Shown here: one piece after another, positions 37,439 through 47,104 of the stretch
Numbering within the stretch: the first letter of the stretch is position 1
Layout of the letters: every line of letters starts with the position of its first letter
DNA from: a virus
IMG/VR virus record: IMGVR_UViG_3300020045_010841
Span: 68,389-132,388 of that record
Strand: one strand, 5' to 3'
Length of the DNA stretch: 64,000 nucleotides
The notes under the pieces: model-generated
Database searches by the model: none
The model's input: the letters and a program-made list of their open reading frames with translations, nothing else
Told to the model about the DNA's origin: nothing
Program-made: the position numbers and the translations under genes

Positions 37439-37769
37439 TTTTAGTGAAATCTTCGGAATAAAAGTAATAATGTTGTCCATCTAATTGTTTTTTTAATGTT
37501 TCGAGCCTATCCTTATCCAATTTAGTAATACGTAATTTTCTTTCACCCTTTTTGGGTAAATATTTGTGTTCAATAGCATCGATTTCTTTAATCAATTTAT
37601 CCGATACTGCATATTGAGGGTCGTTGATGGTTACGGATAAGGGTCCATTAGGATTAATTTCCTTATCCCAAATCCAAGTATAAACAGTACCGTCATATTC
37701 TTTAAATATTTGAGTATATTTTAATATTGGAGTGATATTATCGACATGTCTTCCCCTAGTAGATTTCAT
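37410..37769 (-). CDS. hypothetical protein
   Basis: start MKSTRG lies inside an orphan tag sequence. Confidence 0.65.
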   Translation of the reverse strand: MKSTRGRHVDNITPILKYTQIFKEYDGTVYTWIWDKEINPNGPLSVTINDPQYAVSDKLIKEIDAIEHKYLPKKGERKLRITKLDKDRLETLKKQLDGQHYYFYSEDFTKNGKIKTTQI

Positions 37770-37834
37770 ATTGAGGTTCATTATGTTTTATATTGTAAAT
37801 ATACGAATAACATATAAATAATTTTATTCCTTCT

Positions 37835-38017
37835 TTAAAGTTTAGAAACTAATCTACGTATATTATATAATTTTTCTAAAATCATTGGTTCTGTAATAGG
37901 TGATTTTGTTTTTGGATATTTAATCTGATTTTCTATAGAATTAAATAAACCATCAATTTCTTTATGTAAATTGTCTATGGATTCGTTTCGAACTATTTTA
38001 ACTAGTGATTTTGACAT
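37835..38017 (-). CDS. hypothetical protein
   Basis: ORF in operon. Confidence 0.55.
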   Translation of the reverse strand: MSKSLVKIVRNESIDNLHKEIDGLFNSIENQIKYPKTKSPITEPMILEKLYNIRRLVSKL

Positions 38018-38397
38018 AATTCTATTAATTTTTTAAGACATGCTAATTCTGCTTCTTCATGAGATGAAAACTCATCATCGCAATTAAACACAACATTGTC
38101 TTTCTCATCATATATTTGATGATATAAATAGCTCCTAGCTCCTTCATCATAAATAGAATCTGCTCCTGTTGTATATAGTCCTTTATTTTCTCTAAACCAT
38201 CTAAAAGCTTGTTGATATAAAGGAGTTTTAATCCCAGATACACATTGGTCAATAGTGAAATTACCCTCCATATGGTTAGTAGTATCACTTAATAAGTCAT
38301 GATATATATCTGTTGAATATGTTCCAATACAATCTTCATCAAAATTTAGTTCTTTAAGTGCTAGTGCTTCTTCGTAAGGCACAAATTCTTTATCCAT
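38002..38397 (-). CDS. hypothetical protein (paralog of 13206-13591)
   Basis: EFVPYEEALALKEL...PLYQQAFRWFRE...EEAELACLKKLIE. Confidence 0.75.
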   Translation of the reverse strand: MDKEFVPYEEALALKELNFDEDCIGTYSTDIYHDLLSDTTNHMEGNFTIDQCVSGIKTPLYQQAFRWFRENKGLYTTGADSIYDEGARSYLYHQIYDEKDNVVFNCDDEFSSHEEAELACLKKLIELCQNH

Positions 38398-38410
38398 ATT
38401 TCTTTTTAAT

Positions 38411-39004
38411 TTAATCCCACCAAGAGTTAATTCCATTATTCATTATTTTAAATAATAAATCTTGGGCTCGTTTTTGATTAATATGAGCTATATTCATGGC
38501 TAATACTTGTTTATCATCCCATCTTCCTTCCATACTAAATATGCCTTCTCCTTTTAATACTCGTTTGTAAATAAGAGGATATTTTTTAAAATAATCATCA
38601 AACTTTTCCCACACCAATTCACTATTCATTAATGATGAGTCCGGCCTATCTTCGCATGGTGTGAACCATATTCGGTCTTTATGATAATCCATATATTCCA
38701 TACCATATGTATCATCTTGACATATCTGTATTAATTTAATACAAATCCTCATATTCCTAGCGTCTTGTTGTGCTCGAGTATGAAAATCCATACGACCAAT
38801 ATATTCAGATTGTGATTTTAATTTATGTTTTAATACCTCAAATATATAATGTTGATCCCAATTACGATCTTTCCATATAATAGGAAACCAATACCATAAA
38901 TTTTTAATACCTTGTTTTAAGTATTTATGATAATATTTCCCATCAAATTTCCACCATAGTCTTATTTTCTCGAATAAATTAGGTTTTTCTCTATCTTCAA
39001 ACAT
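38411..39004 (-). CDS. hypothetical phage protein
   Basis: IKNLWYWFPIIWKDRNWD...C-terminal WWD. Confidence 0.8.
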   Translation of the reverse strand: MFEDREKPNLFEKIRLWWKFDGKYYHKYLKQGIKNLWYWFPIIWKDRNWDQHYIFEVLKHKLKSQSEYIGRMDFHTRAQQDARNMRICIKLIQICQDDTYGMEYMDYHKDRIWFTPCEDRPDSSLMNSELVWEKFDDYFKKYPLIYKRVLKGEGIFSMEGRWDDKQVLAMNIAHINQKRAQDLLFKIMNNGINSWWD

Positions 39005-39009
39005 ATATT

Positions 39010-39261
39010 TTATTTTATTGTATCTCCAACTTTGTAATTTTTTGCATCAAATTGGAGGATGGTTATTTCTGTAATAGTTTCGCTGTTTTTTACCTGTAAT
39101 ACTGTATTACTAGAAAAATCCATACCCATATCAATTATAACATATCCTTTTCCTTTATATTTTTCTATTGGATGAGGCTCCATACTACATCCAATTAATA
39201 ATAAAGTTATTAATAGAGATAATATTATCGATTGTCCTATTCGTTTTTTAATATATTTCAT
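39010..39261 (-). CDS. putative lipoprotein (paralog of 46620-46847)
   Basis: LIGC lipobox; PIEKY..KG...FDAK..K.GDT. Confidence 0.7.
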   Translation of the reverse strand: MKYIKKRIGQSIILSLLITLLLIGCSMEPHPIEKYKGKGYVIIDMGMDFSSNTVLQVKNSETITEITILQFDAKNYKVGDTIK

Positions 39262-39520
39262 ATTGTGGTTGTATGTTTGGTTCTATCATGTTTTTAAATT
39301 CTTCGAATGATATTTCATTGTATGGTTTATCACAGCATTTATTGTTACGATCCACATTCCATGAAATTTTATGATAGGGAGAATGATTATACACTCCATC
39401 TTCATTGAAGAATATAGTCTGATGAATATAATAACCAGCACCACATCTTAAATGTTTTTTTAGATAAGAAACATTATCTTTGGTAATATTAATACACCAC
39501 TTTCCTTTAAGTTCTTTCAT
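39248..39520 (-). CDS. EPQYEIY-tag family protein
   Basis: KWCINIT...ISFEEF; QPQYEIY*. Confidence 0.82.
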   Translation of the reverse strand: MKELKGKWCINITKDNVSYLKKHLRCGAGYYIHQTIFFNEDGVYNHSPYHKISWNVDRNNKCCDKPYNEISFEEFKNMIEPNIQPQYEIY

Positions 39521-39699
39521 AACTATTTATCTTTATTTAATTTAAATAAAATATCTTTATATGCTTTTCTCCTGCCTTGATCTCCATCACACATCCAAAC
39601 CGATTTCTCTAATTTTTTAATTTGATTTTCGATATATTTTATTAAGAATTTTTCACGATTTTGATAATCTTCTAACGTAGCGTCAGGTTTCATAACTTA

Positions 39700-40083
39700 T
39701 TATTTTAAAATTTCTCTTAGTTTGATTAATACCTTTTTCAAATGTCTTGAATTATCATAATTATTAATAAATGAACCTTGTATTTCACTTGCAGTAAATA
39801 ATGATTTAGTAATACATCCCTGAAAAAATCTAGATCTACACCCCTCTAATATTTCAGGACATTTACTTTCACTTGTTAATAACCCACAAACCCAAATATC
39901 TCCTCTTTTTTCTAATAATATATAAGGATGTTTAAATATACTATGCATATAAACATCCCCCACTTTATTAAAAATCGGTTTCCTATCTGTTGAAGTTGTA
40001 GGTAAACAACTCACCCAATTTAATAATTGTTGATGATTATAACCACCTTTAGTAATTTTTTCTAATAATATTGTTTTATCCAT
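39700..40083 (-). CDS. hypothetical protein
   Basis: ORF downstream of promoter. Confidence 0.7.
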   Translation of the reverse strand: MDKTILLEKITKGGYNHQQLLNWVSCLPTTSTDRKPIFNKVGDVYMHSIFKHPYILLEKRGDIWVCGLLTSESKCPEILEGCRSRFFQGCITKSLFTASEIQGSFINNYDNSRHLKKVLIKLREILK

Positions 40084-40156
40084 AACCTTTATTTTACTCT
40101 GTAAATATACGAATAATATATTATAAACTTTATTCCTTATTAGAAAAACAAAGACC

Positions 40157-40567
40157 TTAATTAAAGGTCTCTGGGAATAGTTTTTGTATTGTATTATATA
40201 GATCTTCTGGGGTTTTTATATAAATTTCCTCCAAATTTGGGCCTACTAAAAAATTCTCCATTCCATTATCGACATTTATTCTTTCATATAGATAAAAAGC
40301 AATTAAAGAATATACATCTTCTCCCCAACTTAATAATATTAATTCATCAATTATATTAAAATATGGGTCTTCGTATTTAGATAAATCTAACTGATATTGT
40401 GATTGTAATGACATAGATCTAATTAATGCGCTATCATATTTTTTAATTATAGATAAAAATAAATCCTTTTTGGCATTTTTTTCATTTCTTCGCTTTCTAC
40501 GAACAATAGCTTCAGCTCCAAGCATGTTGGTAAATGCGTACTGTAAATCTTTACTATCTATGCTCAT
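40157..40567 (-). CDS. hypothetical protein
   Basis: ORF in operon, start trimmed to MSIDSK. Confidence 0.7.
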   Translation of the reverse strand: MSIDSKDLQYAFTNMLGAEAIVRRKRRNEKNAKKDLFLSIIKKYDSALIRSMSLQSQYQLDLSKYEDPYFNIIDELILLSWGEDVYSLIAFYLYERINVDNGMENFLVGPNLEEIYIKTPEDLYNTIQKLFPETFN

Positions 40568-40863
40568 TCTTTTATTTTTAGTGCTAAATCTCTTAATAAA
40601 GAACATTTATCAAAGTCTTCTTTCGATAAATAATATTTCTCTAAAGTATTTAGAGTTTGTTTATATGATGATTTTGGGATAACTATTTGATAATCTTCTA
40701 CAAAACATAACACACATTCCTTTTTATCCTTATCAATAGCCTGTTTAATTGTTGGTATAAACCTATCATATACTACCTGTTGAACTTGTTCCATAGCAAG
40801 TCCTTTAACAATATTATCTAATGTGTTGTTTTTGAATGTGACTATAGGTATTTTATTTACCAT
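40564..40863 (-). CDS. hypothetical protein with UVR-like motif
   Basis: EDFDKCSLLRD. Confidence 0.7.
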   Translation of the reverse strand: MVNKIPIVTFKNNTLDNIVKGLAMEQVQQVVYDRFIPTIKQAIDKDKKECVLCFVEDYQIVIPKSSYKQTLNTLEKYYLSKEDFDKCSLLRDLALKIKE

Positions 40864-41220
40864 TTATCTTGACATAATATTTTGAAGAAAAGGAAATATA
40901 CTACCAACAGGAATATTCATTTTAATTGATGGTGTTTCAGTATTACTATCTTCACTAGTTAATTCTAATTTATATTTGGCAAATTTGGGAGATAAAGATG
41001 TCATTAATGTATTTCTTAATGTTTTAATTTCTTCCTCAGATAAATTATAAATCATTTCTCCATCAGGACTAACAGGTACTAATTCAACATTAATTCCGGA
41101 TTTATCCATTTCAACACCCACTTGAAATGTTTCTCCACCAATATTTACTTTGTAGTTTAATTCATTATTTCCTTCTCCTTCATTCATTAACGATTTTAAG
41201 GATGTATTTATTTTTTTCAT
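40864..41220 (-). CDS. hypothetical protein
   Basis: ORF in operon. Confidence 0.7.
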   Translation of the reverse strand: MKKINTSLKSLMNEGEGNNELNYKVNIGGETFQVGVEMDKSGINVELVPVSPDGEMIYNLSEEEIKTLRNTLMTSLSPKFAKYKLELTSEDSNTETPSIKMNIPVGSIFPFLQNIMSR

Positions 41221-41223
41221 ATT

Positions 41224-42369
41224 TTATTTATTTATAAATATTAATTGTTCTATGTTGTTTATCGGAATATTTGCTTTTATATTAAATATACCTATTTCAT
41301 ATGTTTCGTTTGGAGACACATTACCTAATATATTTTGTAAATTACGTATTATTTCAAATTGGTTATTATCTAGTTTAGAACCATCGAATGAAACTATAAT
41401 ATCATTTTCTAATTCAGGATCATTATTTAATGTATATATTCTTTTATTTAATTCAAAACATGTGTTTGGTTGTTCTTTTTGTATATATCTATCTATAATA
41501 ATTCCATACGGATCATCCCAATATATTCTATCACACCACGGTTCTAAAGCTTCCAACAATTGTTCACTACAATTTTCAACTACAAACGCAACATTGAATC
41601 TATTTTGTGAATTCATTGATCCCCATTTACGTAAATAAGTTCTATTTGAATTACGTTCAATTTGTTGTGTTTTTGTTTTAGCTTCTTCACTAAATCGACT
41701 AGTTTTAGATACGAAGTGGTATACAATTGAATCTAATGAAGTAAAACATTTTAGTCCTTTTAGTTTTAAACGCTTAATCAAATCATCATCTTCTGAAAAG
41801 TATGGGTTGAATATATTATCAAATCCTCCAATATCCAACAAAACTTGACGAGAAAGACACATAAAAAATGAAACTCCATCACTCGTTCCATCTTTAAATT
41901 GTCCTGTTAATTCTTTTCTTGCAAATTCAAAGAATTTATGGTCATCAAAACTATGGACTCCTTCCCCAAAATTACGTATTATTTTACCAGGACGTTCATG
42001 ATCTGTGAATATAGGAGGTTCTGTTGTATTATAACTTATTACTCGATCTTTATGAGCGTATTTTTCTATATTTTCCAAGAATCCAGGAGCAACAACCATA
42101 TCATTGTGAGCAAATACAACAAAATCTTTAGTAGCTAATTCAATTGCTTTATTATATGTGTCAGAGAATGTTTTACCCTCTTCCTCAAAAAATGTAATAG
42201 TATTGGGGTCATTTAGATTGAATAACCATGAATTTGTACCATCATTACTTCCATAAGAAACAAAAACTATTTCATCTGTTGGGTATATTTGTCGGAATGT
42301 TTTATAGAAATTTTTAGTGTATTCTAAATTATTTTTTAATCCTACTAATGTACTAATTTTATTTGACAT
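41224..42369 (-). CDS. glycosyltransferase family 2
   Basis: GSNDGT, YNKAIELA..DFVVFAHND, IGGFD..F.PYFSEDDDL. Confidence 0.88.
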   Translation of the reverse strand: MSNKISTLVGLKNNLEYTKNFYKTFRQIYPTDEIVFVSYGSNDGTNSWLFNLNDPNTITFFEEEGKTFSDTYNKAIELATKDFVVFAHNDMVVAPGFLENIEKYAHKDRVISYNTTEPPIFTDHERPGKIIRNFGEGVHSFDDHKFFEFARKELTGQFKDGTSDGVSFFMCLSRQVLLDIGGFDNIFNPYFSEDDDLIKRLKLKGLKCFTSLDSIVYHFVSKTSRFSEEAKTKTQQIERNSNRTYLRKWGSMNSQNRFNVAFVVENCSEQLLEALEPWCDRIYWDDPYGIIIDRYIQKEQPNTCFELNKRIYTLNNDPELENDIIVSFDGSKLDNNQFEIIRNLQNILGNVSPNETYEIGIFNIKANIPINNIEQLIFINK

Positions 42370-42372
42370 AAT

Positions 42373-42582
42373 CTAATCTCTTAATGGAAATCCGTTGTAT
42401 ATTTCTCTTTTATTTTTAATTCTATTTAAATTGCCTTCATCTTGTTCTGTAGTAGTAAATGATTCATTGCTTAATTCATCATACCAACTTACATGATTAT
42501 ATGTTATCCAAGTACCTTGATACTCAATCATTTCTCGTCTAGTAGTTAATCTCATTTCTTTACCGTTTAGTGGACTTTTCAT
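42373..42582 (-). CDS. hypothetical protein
   Basis: MKSPLNGKEM...ESFTTTEQDE. Confidence 0.6.
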   Translation of the reverse strand: MKSPLNGKEMRLTTRREMIEYQGTWITYNHVSWYDELSNESFTTTEQDEGNLNRIKNKREIYNGFPLRD

Positions 42583-42588
42583 ATATTT

Positions 42589-42783
42589 TTACACATTAAT
42601 TAATTTGGTTCCATATTTTCCTTCATCATCTATATAATAACATGCTTTCATATTACATTTATATTTAGTATTAAAAATATTTAATTCATTAGCAAATATT
42701 TCCATATCCCCACTTTTAGTATGTAAATATTTTTCTTCAAGAACTTTACGATCTCTCTCGAAATTGGGATTATTTACCTTCAT
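42589..42783 (-). CDS. hypothetical protein
   Basis: ORF in operon. Confidence 0.55.
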   Translation of the reverse strand: MKVNNPNFERDRKVLEEKYLHTKSGDMEIFANELNIFNTKYKCNMKACYYIDDEGKYGTKLINV

Positions 42784-42962
42784 ATATTTTCTTTAATATT
42801 AAACCACTCCCATCCCAATAACAATTTCATAAAATATCTATGAATAATATTTGGTTTTTTATTAAACATAATACATATCCCCATTTCTCCTCCTAAACAA
42901 TATTTCCCTACATATTTTGGGATATGAATTGTTAGATTGTTTATATTTTTATTTACCTTCAT
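42780..42962 (-). CDS. hypothetical protein
   Basis: KKPNIIHRYFMKLLLGWEW. Confidence 0.6.
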   Translation of the reverse strand: MKVNKNINNLTIHIPKYVGKYCLGGEMGICIMFNKKPNIIHRYFMKLLLGWEWFNIKENI

Positions 42963-43827
42963 ATTCTTTGATTAAATTATAATATTGTTTACAAACATAT
43001 TTACTGTCACAAATTTCCTTTATATTATACGAAACATTACTTTCGATTCCTAATATTTCTCCATTTTTATCAATCTGATATATATATCCAGACACATCAC
43101 AACATAATCCTTCTAGTGTTGTTCTACCTAATAATATACCAGCAGTAAAATCCATATTTTTAACTACATTTTCAGTATCCCATCTTTTATCTAAATATTT
43201 TATATTGGGATGATTAAAATTATGTCTACTTTCACTCATGATATATAGATCCCAATCTCGTTCGATACATTGTTGTACTAAATGATTTACCGATTTAAAT
43301 CGTATATTATCTAATACTTCACCAACGAATATACCAGTTATTTTATCATATTTCTTCGCGTTAAATGGATTAAAACGTGTTTGGTCTATGGGGTTATATA
43401 TTAATGATACTTTACTTGATTCTATTTTATACTCGTTGATTAACATATCAACTATTGGTTGTCTTATACCAATATATTTAATTATACTAGGATGAAATAT
43501 AGGATCTTCAGATCTTATTTCAGAATGTATTATTGATATTTTGGGAGTATTAGGAAAATAATCACATAATAATGTATTAGGGTATGGTTGTGATATAATC
43601 ATCAAGTCAAACTGTTCCTCATTACTTAGTATATAATTAATAGGTTTGATTTTTATTCCTAATTTATTTATGTCTTTCCATAGATGAAAACCCAAATTAG
43701 GTTCTGTTACTGTAGCTACGGTTATATCTAAATCTTTATAATTACATAATCCTCGTATTAATTCATAGTGAAATACTTCACTACCCCCCGTTGAATTTCC
43801 ATTAGTATATGCTATTAATACTTTCAT
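42949..43827 (-). CDS. glycosyltransferase, GT-B (family 4-like)
   Basis: MKVLI....TGGSE..., IYNPID..RF, GRTTLEG. Confidence 0.8.
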   Translation of the reverse strand: MKVLIAYTNGNSTGGSEVFHYELIRGLCNYKDLDITVATVTEPNLGFHLWKDINKLGIKIKPINYILSNEEQFDLMIISQPYPNTLLCDYFPNTPKISIIHSEIRSEDPIFHPSIIKYIGIRQPIVDMLINEYKIESSKVSLIYNPIDQTRFNPFNAKKYDKITGIFVGEVLDNIRFKSVNHLVQQCIERDWDLYIMSESRHNFNHPNIKYLDKRWDTENVVKNMDFTAGILLGRTTLEGLCCDVSGYIYQIDKNGEILGIESNVSYNIKEICDSKYVCKQYYNLIKEYEGK

Positions 43828-44402
43828 TAAGAGTATGTTTTATAGTTTGTTATTATAGCTTGATTATAATCTCTAAATCCATCTTCCAAATCAGAATAAC
43901 TTGGTGTTTGATATGCAATTATAGGATTACACATAAATAAATTATATTCTGCCATTAATCTGTTATAACTAACATCAATTACATTATTAGGCAAATTTAA
44001 TATAGTATCGTAAAAATTACTATTTACTATATAAGCATGTGCGGCAAATGCCCCATTTAATTTCAGTATGTTATTAGAAATAGAATCAGCTTTATTTTGT
44101 AAGTTAGCTCCTAAAAATAACATATTATATTCACCTTTAAGTTGTTCAAGGCTTTTTTCTAATATTTCTATACAATTATCAGTAAATATTGCATCATCCT
44201 CTAACACTAACACATTATCTAAATTATTATCTTTAGCTAATTGTATACATTTTTTATGAGATAAAGTACACCCCAACCATGATGGATTTGATATTACTCC
44301 CTCAACAAACTCATATTTGATATGGGGTAATTTTTTCATCTCATTAATTATAGATTCTTTTCTATCGTATCTGTGCTTAAGGTTTATTATATATGCAAAC
44401 AT
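43827..44402 (-). CDS. glycosyltransferase family 25
   Basis: YIINLKHRYDR, GCTLSH, LVLEDDA, AHAYIV. Confidence 0.9.
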   Translation of the reverse strand: MFAYIINLKHRYDRKESIINEMKKLPHIKYEFVEGVISNPSWLGCTLSHKKCIQLAKDNNLDNVLVLEDDAIFTDNCIEILEKSLEQLKGEYNMLFLGANLQNKADSISNNILKLNGAFAAHAYIVNSNFYDTILNLPNNVIDVSYNRLMAEYNLFMCNPIIAYQTPSYSDLEDGFRDYNQAIITNYKTYS

Positions 44403-44501
44403 TATTTCTTAACTATAAGTAACCAATTATTGTTTGGATTTGTTTTGGGATCTTCATCAAATATTTCAACAGATTTAAAATATTTTTTCATTAAAATTCA
44501 C

Positions 44502-45137
44502 TCATGATAAATTTTCTTTTTTAAATAATTCTTCCCAGCCTTCAGATATTTTTCCACCAACTCTAGCATAATTAAAATATATTCTTTTATCTCGTGCTTT
44601 AAGTAAGATTGTTGGATTTAGTGTTGATGTGTGGTAGTTTCCAACTAATTCAAAATCCCAAGGACTATATTCAGGTTTTAGGACCTCCCTCAAATAGTCG
44701 GTTCTCCATATTGAGGGCTGTACTGAATTTAAATAGTTACTGTTGTTGTTAAATTTATATAGATTATTTTTAACATGATTTAAAGAATATTCATCATCTA
44801 ATACTTCTAACATAATCTTATCGGCATTGTATTCTTTCATTATATCGATATGATATTGGATGTCTTTCTCTGTTATTTCTTCGGTAAGATAATAATCTTC
44901 CAACAAGAAAACAACATATTCGGTTTTCACGTGTTTTAGCCCTTCTAACATTCTATATCCCCAAGGCCAATCTCCCGGAGTTATACTATAATAATTGTGA
45001 TAAAGGAGGTGTTTATTTTCACCTACAAAATATACGGGAGTTTCTACTTTCCAATATCTTTCAAATAATATAAAGAAATTTTTCCATAAGTGACTATATG
45101 AGTCACATGTTCCTACTAATACTGATACATTATCCAT
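44502..45137 (-). CDS. putative glycosyltransferase
   Basis: TCDSYSHLW, YVVFLLEDY, QPSIWR, SPWDFE. Confidence 0.65.
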   Translation of the reverse strand: MDNVSVLVGTCDSYSHLWKNFFILFERYWKVETPVYFVGENKHLLYHNYYSITPGDWPWGYRMLEGLKHVKTEYVVFLLEDYYLTEEITEKDIQYHIDIMKEYNADKIMLEVLDDEYSLNHVKNNLYKFNNNSNYLNSVQPSIWRTDYLREVLKPEYSPWDFELVGNYHTSTLNPTILLKARDKRIYFNYARVGGKISEGWEELFKKENLS

Positions 45138-45994
45138 TATATTCGCGAATATATTTCTCTTATATTAAAATTTTCTACTTCGTTAGAATAAGGTCCTTCT
45201 TCTAATACTTTTTCATGCATGTTTTCACCCGGTTGTAATCCGATTGTTTTTATTGGAATAGGTGTTGAAGCATATTTAGATATCATAGCGTCTAATAAAT
45301 CTTGTATTTTCATTGATTTCATCACAGGACAATATGGAGTACTATCTGTTGATTTTTCCATGCAATCTTCAATTAATTGTATTGCTTCTTGTACAGTCCA
45401 AAAGAATCTAGTTGCATTTGGGTCTGTTACAATAATCTCTTTACCTTCACTTATTAATTCTTTCCACTTACACAAAACAGAACCGGTTGAATATAATACA
45501 TTGCCATATCGCACAATTCGATATTGGCAATCAGGATTTAATTGTTCAAATTGTTTAAAGGAACGTTCCATTAATAATTTAGTAGCACCATATACTCCAG
45601 CAACTTGGGCGGCCTTATCTGTACTTATTCCTAATACAAATTTTATGTTTTTATTTTGTAATGATTCTTCCAATATATTTAAAGAACCCATAACATTACT
45701 CTTAATATTTTCTCGAACGAATTTTTCGGCTAACCCAACATGTTTAGATGCTGCCAAATGAAAAATACCATCAACACCGCTCATAGCTTGTTTCACTTCA
45801 AATGGATCTGAAATGTCTCCTGGGTGGATATCTATTGTTGGATATTTTTGTTTTAAATCAACCAATTTACCTTCATCTCTAGATATTACACGGACTAAAC
45901 CTTCTCTATCTAAAATATATTTTACTAATGGGTCTCCTAAAAAACCAGAACCTCCAGTTACTAAATATGTTTTATTTTTTTCAATTTTTATCAT
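45137..45994 (-). CDS. nucleotide-sugar 4,6-dehydratase (CapD/PseB-like SDR)
   Basis: TGGSGFLG, SRDEGK, FHLAASKHV, STDKA, YGATK, RYGNVL.S.GSV, GLQPGE.MHE. Confidence 0.9.
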   Translation of the reverse strand: MIKIEKNKTYLVTGGSGFLGDPLVKYILDREGLVRVISRDEGKLVDLKQKYPTIDIHPGDISDPFEVKQAMSGVDGIFHLAASKHVGLAEKFVRENIKSNVMGSLNILEESLQNKNIKFVLGISTDKAAQVAGVYGATKLLMERSFKQFEQLNPDCQYRIVRYGNVLYSTGSVLCKWKELISEGKEIIVTDPNATRFFWTVQEAIQLIEDCMEKSTDSTPYCPVMKSMKIQDLLDAMISKYASTPIPIKTIGLQPGENMHEKVLEEGPYSNEVENFNIREIYSRI

Positions 45995-46623
45995 AATGTA
46001 TTATAGTAATTATTTTGTTGTTCTTGTTTTTTAATATCTTTAATATGAAGTAAATCAAAACCACCACCGATAGGAAATTCTGTTCTTATATTATATCCTA
46101 CTAGCGTTTCGTGTACGTGACCTTCCCACCTTATTGTTGGTTTATTTTTCATAACACGGTATTGTACGTCCGGATAATTTATTCTTCCTTTAATATCTTG
46201 TCTCCATCCCCAAGCTTTAATATGTTCTGGTGTTATTCCTTTCACAAAATTAGCTCTTGGAAAACCTATTACATCAGCATCAGGATTTAGTTCAAGAATT
46301 AATGGTAAATCATCAATTAGTTGTGGTGGCAATAATTCATCAGCATCTAAAAATATCAACCATTCTTTTAAACACGTTCTACCTAACACTAAATTTTTCC
46401 AATCCGCAAAATTACCTCGAAATCTGTCTTCTATTAAAGTAATATAATTATTTGAAGATAATTTATGGATAAAACCTAACAGTTCGGATGTTACGAGACA
46501 TTTATTTAAGTCAACTAATACGATTATATTATCTTCTTCACGTTTATTAATTCGTAAAGTTTCATATAATTTTCGAAATTCTTTCTCCTCGTCTGCAACT
46601 GTGATTATATAAGATATATTCAT
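45991..46623 (-). CDS. glycosyltransferase family 2
   Basis: NFADWKN, WLIFLDADE, PDVQYR, W.GHVHE. Confidence 0.85.
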   Translation of the reverse strand: MNISYIITVADEEKEFRKLYETLRINKREEDNIIVLVDLNKCLVTSELLGFIHKLSSNNYITLIEDRFRGNFADWKNLVLGRTCLKEWLIFLDADELLPPQLIDDLPLILELNPDADVIGFPRANFVKGITPEHIKAWGWRQDIKGRINYPDVQYRVMKNKPTIRWEGHVHETLVGYNIRTEFPIGGGFDLLHIKDIKKQEQQNNYYNTL

Positions 46624-46847
46624 AATGTATCTCCTGGTTTTAAGTCTTTCGCATCAAAAAAAGGTATCATAATTTCAAATACACTATCTTTATCTTTAAC
46701 TAATAAATATTCAGTACCCGATGCAGCGTCTGGTGTTTCTAATACTATAATTCCTTTATTTCTATATTTCTCTATGGGTTGTACTAAATTTCCCTTAGAA
46801 CACGATATTAATATACCAAATAATAATGTTAATATAATTTTTTTCAT
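46620..46847 (-). CDS. putative lipoprotein
   Basis: LISC lipobox; paralog of 39010-39261. Confidence 0.7.
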   Translation of the reverse strand: MKKIILTLLFGILISCSKGNLVQPIEKYRNKGIIVLETPDAASGTEYLLVKDKDSVFEIMIPFFDAKDLKPGDTL

Positions 46848-47104
46848 ATTTGTTTTTTAAATTCAACAAAACCTTCTTGTGATAATTCTTTACTATATTC
46901 GAATATAATACTATAGGCACGATATAATCCCATCTCACAGCTTCTATAATCAAATTTTTTATTGAACATATCTAAAACAACAATTCGTAAAAATTCAGGA
47001 AGAGATATATATGTTTTTAATAACATTTCATACGCTTTTCTTCGTCCCACATAATTACCCATTTCTAATATAGCTTCTTCTAATTCTTGTTTAGTATAAT
47101 TCAT
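46844..47104 (-). CDS. hypothetical protein
   Basis: ORF in operon. Confidence 0.6.
   Translation of the reverse strand: MNYTKQELEEAILEMGNYVGRRKAYEMLLKTYISLPEFLRIVVLDMFNKKFDYRSCEMGLYRAYSIIFEYSKELSQEGFVEFKKQI

Noticed and set aside
22310-39520. Recurring ~24-bp tag sequence read as a CRISPR array
   Set aside because: Spacing is 200-300+ bp of coding sequence, repeats vary at codon third positions, and no cas operon is present
9715-39520. Resemblance of EPQYEIY to the Src SH2 ligand EPQpYEEI and to EPIYA motifs
   Set aside because: The context is a bacteriophage with no sign of a eukaryotic host; a short-motif match is probably coincidence
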